A stretch of 64,000 bases of DNA, from positions 1 through 64,000 of the IMG/VR virus record IMGVR_UViG_3300036859_000816. One strand, written 5' to 3'. The first letter of the stretch is position 1. Each line of letters begins with the position of its first letter. This document shows, one piece after another, positions 56,449 to 64,000 of this stretch. The DNA is from a virus. Under the pieces are notes generated by a model. It saw only the letters and a list, made by a program, of their open reading frames with translations, did not search any database and was not told where the DNA came from. The position numbers and the translations under genes are program-made.

Positions 56449-57948
56449 ATGGCGTACAACCACATGTCGGCATATCAGGAAGGCATTCTCGGCGCTTTAA
56501 TGCGTCAGCCCGGCTCCGTGCACGAAGGCAGCCTGGGCGTGCTCATGCGTCAGCCCGGGTCTGTACACGAGGGCAGTCTGGGCATTCTGATGCGTCAGCC
56601 GGGCTCCGTGCACGAAGGCAGCCTTGGCGTGCTCATGCGCCAGCCTGGGTCTGTACACGAGGGTAGTTTGGGCGCACTCATGCGTCAGCCGGGATCCGTT
56701 CACGAAGGCAGCTTAGGCGTGACGCCGCGCCGTCGCATTTGGACAGCCGCATCACCGCTCTTGCAAGGGATCGGTCTGGCGCCTGCACCAATGACCGCTC
56801 CGGGAACGTCCGTCATGATGGCTCCGCGCGTTGCGGGTATGCCCGCGTACGCGCGCGCGGCGGCGGAACGAGCTCGCGCCCGCGCGGAATGTCAAGCGCG
56901 CTGCTATGCGCTGCCGACAGCAAAGCGCCCGGGCTGTCTGTCGGGTTGTTCCCGATCCTATCCCGTGAGCGGCCTCGGAGCTCTGATGGCGCCGCCTGGT
57001 GCGGCCGTCATGATGCGGCCACCAACGCGGGCAATGCCCGCATCGGCGCGTGCTGCCATGGAGCGCGCCCGGGATCGCGCGGAATGCCGCTCGCGCTGCT
57101 ATGCGCTGCCGTCGGCGTCGCGTACGCCGTGTCTATCGACGTGTTTAGCAACGTACCCCTTGACCGGTCTCGGAGCGGATGGAGATGCAGCCGCAGCGGC
57201 CGCACGCGAAGCCGCCGAACACGCAACGACCCGTGTGTCGTCTGAACAGGCGGCTTCAGCTGCAACGATCAAAGCTTCGCAGGCAGCGGCTCAGGCTGCT
57301 GCGGCGACGCATCCGATCGAACGAGCGGCGGCTGAGAGTGCAGCGTCCGCGGCAGCAGCCGCTGCTGCACAACATACCCAACAAGCGCAAGCGGCTCGGG
57401 CTGCTGAGATCAGTGCCGTCGCTAGAATGCGGATGATTGCGGCATCGCCACATCGTCCGCACTATCCGCCCTGGGCCGCAGCGGCAGCCATTGTGCCGCC
57501 TGGTCAGCGCGTACGCAGGCGCGCTACGCCGTGGTTTGGACAGTACGGTCGGGCAGCGAAAACCATTGGCAAGGGATTCTCGAAGGTTCAGCACTACGCG
57601 GAAACGCCCGAGCGATACATACAAAAGGTGCCCGTTGTGGGCACTGCGGCGAAAGCGGCGAAGACTGTTATCGAGGCTCCCATCAAAGCCATTACGTCAC
57701 TTTTCGGTCTGGGCGCGGCGCCGCAAACGGTTGCCGCCAAAATGGCTTCCGCGACGGCACGCGCGGTTTGTCTCAAGAACTGTGAAAAGCGTCCGGGAGC
57801 CGCATTCGCTCCATGCGTGAGTAGCTGCTTGAATCAGTATCCCTTGCATGGTCTGGGCGCCGAAACACCGGCCGGGGATACGAGCTGGCTCTGGATCGTG
57901 GGAGGCGTGGCACTGCTCGGCGCAGTCGTAGTAATGGCGTCGCGGTGA
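56449..57948 (+). CDS. Repeat-built polyprotein with C-terminal TM
   Basis: Five 15-aa repeats, three CX3CX10CX3C modules, four GLG motifs. Confidence 0.8.
   Translation: MAYNHMSAYQEGILGALMRQPGSVHEGSLGVLMRQPGSVHEGSLGILMRQPGSVHEGSLGVLMRQPGSVHEGSLGALMRQPGSVHEGSLGVTPRRRIWTAASPLLQGIGLAPAPMTAPGTSVMMAPRVAGMPAYARAAAERARARAECQARCYALPTAKRPGCLSGCSRSYPVSGLGALMAPPGAAVMMRPPTRAMPASARAAMERARDRAECRSRCYALPSASRTPCLSTCLATYPLTGLGADGDAAAAAAREAAEHATTRVSSEQAASAATIKASQAAAQAAAATHPIERAAAESAASAAAAAAAQHTQQAQAARAAEISAVARMRMIAASPHRPHYPPWAAAAAIVPPGQRVRRRATPWFGQYGRAAKTIGKGFSKVQHYAETPERYIQKVPVVGTAAKAAKTVIEAPIKAITSLFGLGAAPQTVAAKMASATARAVCLKNCEKRPGAAFAPCVSSCLNQYPLHGLGAETPAGDTSWLWIVGGVALLGAVVVMASR
56494..56718 (+). repeat. Five tandem 45-bp coding repeats
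   Basis: xLMRQPGSVHEGSLG five times with synonymous variation. Confidence 0.95.
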
Positions 57949-58544
57949 ATCCAACCGGCATCGACGGATTTTTGCATCGGCTCGGCGAAGTCCTCGGAAC
58001 ACTGCAAGCCGCGCCGGGTCCCGTCCATCGGCGCATCTGGATCGAGCTCGGTCCCTGGCTTCGAACACTGACGGTTGAGGCCGCGCCGAAGTGGCTCGGG
58101 CGGCTCGCCGCCGAGTTGCCATGTCATGTTGCAGCGATCGAACATGATGGCGCGCGCAAGTGTCCTCGGCATGCCGTCGCGCTCTGCATGCTCTGCGGTG
58201 GCGCAACGTGCCTCGAGCACGCGTTCATCGATATCCACGGCGAATCGATCTGTTACGTATGTGCGACGAAAGCGTTACACGGTCATGTGCACCACGCGCC
58301 GCCGCCAAAGGTACCGCGAGACGTGCAGTCACCGCGCGATGTCGCCTGGGCTTGCCGGCAGCTCAAAGTAGACAGCGACGTGACCGCGGCCGAGTTACAT
58401 ACTGCGCACCGCAAGTTAAGCGCACACTGGCATCCGGACCGCTATCGTACTGAGCAACAGAAGGCAAACGCAGAGCGACGCTTCAAGGACGTTCAACGAG
58501 CTTTCGATATCTTGCAGAAGCATCTGCAACGTAGTGCTGCATGA
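57945..58544 (+). CDS. J-domain (DnaJ-like) protein with B-box-like zinc finger
   Basis: HRKLSAHWHPDR...AERRFKDVQRAFDIL; CMLCGGATCLEH...CYVC. Confidence 0.88.
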   Translation: MNPTGIDGFLHRLGEVLGTLQAAPGPVHRRIWIELGPWLRTLTVEAAPKWLGRLAAELPCHVAAIEHDGARKCPRHAVALCMLCGGATCLEHAFIDIHGESICYVCATKALHGHVHHAPPPKVPRDVQSPRDVAWACRQLKVDSDVTAAELHTAHRKLSAHWHPDRYRTEQQKANAERRFKDVQRAFDILQKHLQRSAA

Positions 58545-58588
58545 GGGAGTAAAATCTGACTGAGCTGAATAAGCTGAGCGATGCGACC

Positions 58589-58816
58589 GTGCATCAGCAC
58601 GCTGTGATAGCGCTACGTGAAGCGACCAAACAATTGGTGGATGCGCAAGCGGATCTAGCCTTGGGCAGCATTCTCCGATCGACGATCGATATGGCGTTGA
58701 AGAGCGTAGAAGACGCGCGCGAGGCAGTGTACGAACTGCGCCGTCGAGCCGGCGCGACAACGCGCCTGCGATCTCAGTTGCCGCGTGACGACGATGATCC
58801 GCATGCCAAACGCTAA
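58589..58816 (+). CDS. Small helical hypothetical protein
   Basis: ORF filling the gap. Confidence 0.5.
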   Translation: MHQHAVIALREATKQLVDAQADLALGSILRSTIDMALKSVEDAREAVYELRRRAGATTRLRSQLPRDDDDPHAKR

Positions 58817-58858
58817 AAATTGGACAATTGCGGCGCGTTGGCGGCAAAATCTGTGGTT

Positions 58859-59662
58859 GTGACTGATCGACTAGCTGCTACCGCTCTCCGCATACTCGCT
58901 CCGCGAGCCGTCGTGTTTGGATTCGGCAATCCGGACAGCTTGCAGAATGTCATCACGACCGACCTGCCGAACGGCGCCGAGTGCTTCGTTATCGAGGACC
59001 GGACGCTGTATCGGCTGAACAAAACGCTGACGGTTACACCGCCCGGCGGAATTCAACCGGTCGGTGGTCCGGGACGCTGGGTTCCCGATTTCGGTCCAAC
59101 CGGCCCAACGGGACCCACCGGAACGAGCGGAAGTACGGGACCGACCGGAGTCGGCACGACGGGTGCGACCGGTACAAGCGGCGCAGCAACCTTCGGACGC
59201 GCCTCGATGCAATTCGATCCGAGTGTGTTCGGAACCGATGGTGTGTTCGACGTTGCCGCACAAAATAATTGGATAGGAGCCGATAGCACGCAGGTTGCCT
59301 ACGTTGTTCAAACGACACTGAGTGCCGATTGGTCACTGAATGGAACTACTGGCGTGCTGACGTACTCCGGCGTGGATGCATTCTACGCGTTCGTCGGATC
59401 CGTCAATCTGAACTCTCAGGATGGCGTTGCGCGTAATATCGAGGTCGCGTTTACCAAAAATGGTGCATTCATCGGTTCGCCAACCGCTATCTTGAATGCT
59501 ACCGGCGGCTTCACCAATGCGCTCAACTTCATGCCGTATAATCCCACTGCGATGTTCGCCGTATCCGCGACCGATACGATTCAAATGATCGCGCGTAACG
59601 TCGATGCGAACGCAAACCTCGAATACAACCGCCTGAGCGCCATTGGCTGGCGCGTCGGTTAA
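58859..59662 (+). CDS. Collagen-like fibre/spike protein with beta-rich head
   Basis: GPT/GAT Gly-X-Thr triplets then C1q/BclA-like beta-rich C-terminus; start uncertain. Confidence 0.7.
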   Translation: MTDRLAATALRILAPRAVVFGFGNPDSLQNVITTDLPNGAECFVIEDRTLYRLNKTLTVTPPGGIQPVGGPGRWVPDFGPTGPTGPTGTSGSTGPTGVGTTGATGTSGAATFGRASMQFDPSVFGTDGVFDVAAQNNWIGADSTQVAYVVQTTLSADWSLNGTTGVLTYSGVDAFYAFVGSVNLNSQDGVARNIEVAFTKNGAFIGSPTAILNATGGFTNALNFMPYNPTAMFAVSATDTIQMIARNVDANANLEYNRLSAIGWRVG

Positions 59663-59763
59663 GCGTGATGCGGCCTGAACCACGGAAGCGACGTAAATCG
59701 GTATTTTTTGGCGGTAAATCGCGAAAATTCGCCAAACCGGCGAGGACCGGTTAGAAAGACAAC

Positions 59764-60117
59764 ATGAGCTACGCGGGCCTCGGCGCTCATCCCATCCACC
59801 GAAGCCGAGTGGTCACAAGTTCGACCAGCTACGCACGCTTGCATCCGAGTTACTGGCAGGCATTGCAGCCCGACGGACCGTGGGAAGCGGGAGCGCCCGG
59901 CTGGTACACTGCTCCGTATGTCGGCTGGGGCCAGAATCCCGATCGGCACTTGCCTCCCATTCTCGCCAATGATGGCTGCTGCAGTGGATGCGGCGGCTGC
60001 GGCAGTACAGGACAGACCGAAGACGTCTTCCTGAAGCCGCCCATTTGGCCGATCTTTGTCCTACTCGGCGTTGCGGGCCTGGGCATGTTGGCTGTCTACA
60101 AGCTCGCGCAAGATTGA
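59764..60117 (+). CDS. Small tail-anchored protein
   Basis: MSYAGLGA, CCSGCGGCG, C-terminal TM. Confidence 0.72.
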   Translation: MSYAGLGAHPIHRSRVVTSSTSYARLHPSYWQALQPDGPWEAGAPGWYTAPYVGWGQNPDRHLPPILANDGCCSGCGGCGSTGQTEDVFLKPPIWPIFVLLGVAGLGMLAVYKLAQD

Positions 60118-60182
60118 TGGGGTTGACGGATTACCGTCGGCGTGGCCAAGATAGCCTCGTTCCAGAACGAAAGGATCGAACC

Positions 60183-60455
60183 ATGCCGCCTCCCAAACTG
60201 GTCGAAATAATCACTGGCGTTCAGATGTCGGTTCCGCCATTGCCTCCCGGTGTTGCTGCCGAAGGAAGCGTTGCCGTGCCGCAGGTTCAGGCCGGCGACT
60301 TTGCCGTCGTGAATTTCGAGAATGCGCTACCGGATCAGGTCGTCGATTCTCCGCCGCGGGCCAGTGCAGGTCAGCTGCACTTCCGTTTCATCAACGGCGG
60401 TTCCGTCGCTACCGAATCAGTGCTCATTTTCATCGATATTCTGCTCGCTCGCTAA
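60183..60455 (+). CDS. Small beta-rich protein
   Basis: AAGGA RBS; VQAGDFAVVN. Confidence 0.6.
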   Translation: MPPPKLVEIITGVQMSVPPLPPGVAAEGSVAVPQVQAGDFAVVNFENALPDQVVDSPPRASAGQLHFRFINGGSVATESVLIFIDILLAR

Positions 60456-60500
60456 CGTAGACTTGACGTAGGCAGCGTGTAGCGACATGATGCGTGCCCA

Positions 60501-60686
60501 ATGGCATCGGCACGCACGAAAGTTGATCGCAAAGACGTCTTGATACGCGTTCGCGTGACGGAAGCGCAGCGGCGCGTATTTTTCAAGGCGGCCAACCAGG
60601 CTGGCCTCGATTTATCGAGCTGGCTGCGCACGATCGCACTCGACGCCGTGGAACGTCGCCGACCCTTTGCGGAAGGTCGGGGGTAG
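60501..60686 (+). CDS. Ribbon-helix-helix DNA-binding protein (DUF1778/MobC-like)
   Basis: IRVRVTEAQR...AANQAGLDLSSWLR; own TTGACG-17-CATGAT promoter. Confidence 0.8.
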   Translation: MASARTKVDRKDVLIRVRVTEAQRRVFFKAANQAGLDLSSWLRTIALDAVERRRPFAEGRG

Positions 60687-60689
60687 CGC

Positions 60690-61310
60690 ATGGCCGACGA
60701 CGAGAAGTCCAAGCAACTCGAAGCGCCGATGGCCGTTTGGGTGAAGGGCGGCACGACGTCAATGCAGCATGATGTCGAGCAGCAACGTCAGGCGGCTGAG
60801 GCCGAAGCTCGACGTGATGTCGAGGCGGAGCGTCACCGTATTGCGCTCGCAAATCCGATGGAAGCGCGCATGCACACGATGTCGCTCAGTAATCGGCAGC
60901 GCGACGCCATGGTTGTGCTCGGCTTCAAACACGCCAAGGACAACAAAATCGACAATTGGATGACGTGCGAGCTCTACCGCATTGGCGACGCTGAGCACGA
61001 GCGGCTCGTCCTACAAATCTGCTGCCCGTACTGCGTGAGCAAACACGGTCGTTCACTCGGCCAGTCGCAGTACCACATTCATCAGGACCACCGTGACTTC
61101 AGTCTGGATCAGCGTACGCGAGAGCAGCGTAAGGAGCACTCACTTGGTGTTCCCGTTGCTGGCGACATCTGGATCAATCCGGAGAACGTCGAGGAAGTCA
61201 TCAAAGTGGCGGGCACAATTACAACGCATGGTTGGATCCGCTGCGACGGTCTCGGCTGCACGTGGTCGTTTCGCATTGATGACAGCGTCATCATTACGAG
61301 GTCGACGTGA
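60690..61310 (+). CDS. Hypothetical zinc-binding protein
   Basis: CPYC...CDGLGC. Confidence 0.7.
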   Translation: MADDEKSKQLEAPMAVWVKGGTTSMQHDVEQQRQAAEAEARRDVEAERHRIALANPMEARMHTMSLSNRQRDAMVVLGFKHAKDNKIDNWMTCELYRIGDAEHERLVLQICCPYCVSKHGRSLGQSQYHIHQDHRDFSLDQRTREQRKEHSLGVPVAGDIWINPENVEEVIKVAGTITTHGWIRCDGLGCTWSFRIDDSVIITRST

Positions 61311-61588
61311 GCCGCAAGTGGAAGCCTGAAGTCATCATCGGCGGCGGTGAGCCTAAGCCGCAAGATCCCAATCCGATGACGAGCGACTTCGGCCATGCCG
61401 TCGATCAGTTCGTTGCCGGTTGGTACAAGCGCCACCCACAGCTCGACCAGGATGCAGCGCTGATTGTCCTAATGCAATACGTGGCCGGTTTAGCCGTAAC
61501 CCGCGGCTGTCCGGAAATCGATTACGTACGCTGCTCAACGGACCTCTATCAGATGGAGGCGCAGGCACGGAACAAAGACGGCGCATGA
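61307..61588 (+). CDS. Hypothetical protein
   Basis: Coupled on both sides. Confidence 0.6.
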   Translation: MSRKWKPEVIIGGGEPKPQDPNPMTSDFGHAVDQFVAGWYKRHPQLDQDAALIVLMQYVAGLAVTRGCPEIDYVRCSTDLYQMEAQARNKDGA

Positions 61589-61959
61589 GCGAAGCGTTCA
61601 TCGAATTGTGCGAACTGATTCGCCAGGCTGGTCTCGAGCTGCGACTGTACGGGCGTCCCGTCACCAAACAGCAGGTGCTCGAGTACGCACAACAGCATTC
61701 AATGATGAGGATAGCGACGATGAGCAACTCGAATACGGACACAAATTGGAAATTTTCGGATGAGCTCGACGGATTGAAATTGGGCACGGCCGAAGAAGAG
61801 CGGCACCGGGCGAAGCTCTGGATGGACACGGCTGCGCAGCATGGGCGTAACGAAGAGTACTGGCGCAATCGCTGTCGCAAAGCCGAAGAAGTCATCAACG
61901 AATTCGTCAAACAGGCCGGCAAAGCGGGCTATACGATCAGCGCTAAAAGCGATGACTAG
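61585..61959 (+). CDS. Hypothetical protein, paralog of 13241-13528
   Basis: WMDTAAQHGRNEEYWR. Confidence 0.7.
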   Translation: MSEAFIELCELIRQAGLELRLYGRPVTKQQVLEYAQQHSMMRIATMSNSNTDTNWKFSDELDGLKLGTAEEERHRAKLWMDTAAQHGRNEEYWRNRCRKAEEVINEFVKQAGKAGYTISAKSDD

Positions 61960-63292
61960 CGAGCGTATGGATGAAACGGCCGCGCGAGCACCCGTCGAAG
62001 GGCAGCTCGAACGCGAACGACCGTACTTTGCACCGGGTCAAACAGCGGAGCACCTATTCAGTGTGCTCTATCAAGGCGAATACGAGACGCTCGGGGACGG
62101 TACCGCTATTGCCGTCCGCCGGCATGCGACGGCCTTGGCAGCAAGTGGTATTCCCGTACAGCTGCGGAGCTTTTCGAACATCGTCGTCAATCGCTACGGT
62201 GTGCGCGAGCCGGCGCACCTCGGCATTCCGGCACCCGTCGAAGCTGAAGTCGGTGCGCTGCGCAAGACATCGGTTCAAGCGCTCATTCCTGTCATCAAGC
62301 ATGCGGTCATCGCCAGCGCGGAACACGCGCGCAACATCCTAATTCCTCATGGCGCCATCGGTACCGATACGATGGCAACCGTCGAGCTGCGGCGCTCGAT
62401 TTGCCAAAATACGATCTTGTACACGGTCTGGGAGCGCAGCCGCATCGATGAAACGTTGGCGCGTGAACTTGACCGCGCGGCGCAGCTCTGGGTGCCGTGT
62501 GTACAGAACGCGCAAATGTTGGAGTCCAGCGGCATCGCTAAACACAAGATTCACGTCGTGCCGCACCCGTATCGGCCTGATGATGATCTCACCAAACTGC
62601 TCGATCGCAAACCGACGGACTGGCGTCTGTTCTATTCGATCGGCCGCTGGGAACCGCGCAAGGCTTACGCGGAGCTAATTACAGCGTTTCTGCGTGCGTT
62701 TACGCCGAGCGACAAGGTCATGTTGACGATCAAGTACTCGGGCAATGGCAATTGGCAAGGCTACCCGACGCCAGCACAGGCTTTATACATGGCTCTCGAT
62801 TCGACCGTCAGGAAACATTGGACGGAAGAGCAAGCACGCCAACGTATCCGGTTCATCGACAAGCACCTCAGTGCTTCAGGAATCATTGAACTGCATTTCC
62901 GCAATAACATTTACGTCTCGTGTTCGCATGGCGAAGCGTGGAACTTCGGCGCATTTGACGCGATACAAGCCGGCAACTCTCTCGTGTACGTGCCATGGGG
63001 CGGCGTAGTGGATTACGCTTCACCGAACGACACCAGAGTGCCGTTACGCGGCATGCAGCCAGTACATGCCAGTTATGGATGGGCCGAAAGCGAATGGGCA
63101 GGATTTGAAATCGACGACTTGGCGCTCGCTCTGCGCTCCACTCCAGTGCGCAGCGCGTACGGGCGGCCGCTGCATTTTAGTCACTTCAGCGCGCCGGTAG
63201 TTGGCCGACAAATGCGCGATCTTGTGCTCCAGCTCGCCGACGAACGAGCGCCAGCTGCAGCTGCGTACTATCGAGGAAAGGTCGATGGCTAA
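61952..63292 (+). CDS. Glycosyltransferase family 4-like (GT-B)
   Basis: YTVWE, WVPC, FYSIGRWEPRK, YVSCSHGEAWN. Confidence 0.88.
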   Translation: MTSERMDETAARAPVEGQLERERPYFAPGQTAEHLFSVLYQGEYETLGDGTAIAVRRHATALAASGIPVQLRSFSNIVVNRYGVREPAHLGIPAPVEAEVGALRKTSVQALIPVIKHAVIASAEHARNILIPHGAIGTDTMATVELRRSICQNTILYTVWERSRIDETLARELDRAAQLWVPCVQNAQMLESSGIAKHKIHVVPHPYRPDDDLTKLLDRKPTDWRLFYSIGRWEPRKAYAELITAFLRAFTPSDKVMLTIKYSGNGNWQGYPTPAQALYMALDSTVRKHWTEEQARQRIRFIDKHLSASGIIELHFRNNIYVSCSHGEAWNFGAFDAIQAGNSLVYVPWGGVVDYASPNDTRVPLRGMQPVHASYGWAESEWAGFEIDDLALALRSTPVRSAYGRPLHFSHFSAPVVGRQMRDLVLQLADERAPAAAAYYRGKVDG

Positions 63293-64000
63293 TCTACTTT
63301 ACGAAACCTGCGCACACTGTGCGGAACAGCGTGCACATTTCGATATCAAAGCGTTGCACTGTTCGTGGTGTCGCGGCACGGGATTTATTCTGAAGTCGTA
63401 TGTGTGCAATGTATGTGGCGACGCCGTACGTCTGGACATGTACGGCGAGCTGGGTCTGCCTGATTTGAAGATTACAGGCAGCTATGGTTCGATGTACTTA
63501 AACGATTACCATACCTATTTCTTCGCACTGTGCGAGCGCTGCCTGCGCAATCTGTTCGAGCACATGGAAGTTCCGCCGGAAGTTCGCGACGTACACGACG
63601 GAGACGTCTTGTACAAAGGAGATCGAGAGACGTACGTTCGGATGTTGTGGCTGCGCACTGGCGCAGAGCAGCGCAAGTTGAAGCTTACGCAAGGCTTATG
63701 CACATACACCGAATTCTGCCGCAATGAAGCCCACTGGCGCGTATTTTACTCGGCGTCAGTGAGCGACGAAGCGCTGTGCGACTCACACAAGTCGAGCGTG
63801 GACCATTGCGCGAATGCGACAGTTGTGCCCGCAGAGCCGTTGCAACATGTACCGGTCGACGTGAAAGATCAAACGGAAGAGCAACGGTGGCTCGTTGCAT
63901 CGGAGTGGCTACGAGCGCAGCCCAAGCAAGCATGGCAGTACATGCCTGAGTGTCTCAAGCCACTAACTAACGCTCCAGATGCGACATCGACGTGGTGGTT
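63285..64000 (+). CDS. Cys-rich hypothetical protein, truncated by the window end (not in ORF track)
   Basis: Translated by hand from ATG 63285: CAHC, CSWC, CNVC, GSYGS...LCERCL; no stop before 64000. Confidence 0.7.
   Translation, partial: MANLLYETCAHCAEQRAHFDIKALHCSWCRGTGFILKSYVCNVCGDAVRLDMYGELGLPDLKITGSYGSMYLNDYHTYFFALCERCLRNLFEHMEVPPEVRDVHDGDVLYKGDRETYVRMLWLRTGAEQRKLKLTQGLCTYTEFCRNEAHWRVFYSASVSDEALCDSHKSSVDHCANATVVPAEPLQHVPVDVKDQTEEQRWLVASEWLRAQPKQAWQYMPECLKPLTNAPDATSTWW

Noticed and set aside
56494-56718. 45-bp repeats as a CRISPR array
   Set aside because: No unique spacers, variation is synonymous within a reading frame, no cas genes
56449-57948. RiPP/cyanobactin biosynthetic cluster
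   Set aside because: No YcaO, radical SAM, lanthipeptide enzyme or peptidase-ABC exporter in the window; context is virion-like
1-64000. Diversity-generating retroelement or retron
   Set aside because: No reverse transcriptase motifs and no adenine-specific repeat pair noticed

Overview
The window looks like one gene-dense, GC-rich bacterial virus or plasmid-prophage genome that continues past both ends. I saw no host housekeeping synteny, integrase, terminase, portal, HK97 capsid or tail genes. Layout: (1) 1-7.7 kb, mostly minus strand: membrane proteins, GT2 glycosyltransferase, GHKL ATPase, a beta-rich virion-like protein, a frameshifted lysozyme-like gene, H-NOX and a tRNA(CAU). (2) 7.7-18.5 kb, minus strand: small accessory genes with DUF3310, a MazG-containing mosaic, RuvC and ThyX. 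(3) 18.7-35 kb, plus strand: replication and recombination genes of tailed-phage type (YqaJ, sliding clamp, RecT, initiator with iterons, primase, MT-A70, DnaB, C5-methylase, degenerate RuvC, ParB). (4) 37-60 kb: a putative morphogenesis block headed by a transglutaminase-like Cys-His-Asp enzyme, then many tail-anchored membrane proteins, a protamine-like Arg-rich core protein and three candidate jelly-roll capsid proteins. The strongest signal is a hydrophobic-x-G-L-G motif repeated about 27 times (hand count) in 16 ORFs of this block and not seen in the replication block. It resembles the adenovirus maturation cleavage consensus and separates repeated peptide modules. Working hypothesis (inference, no searches run): a large tailless, internal-membrane virus whose virion proteins are matured by a dedicated protease.
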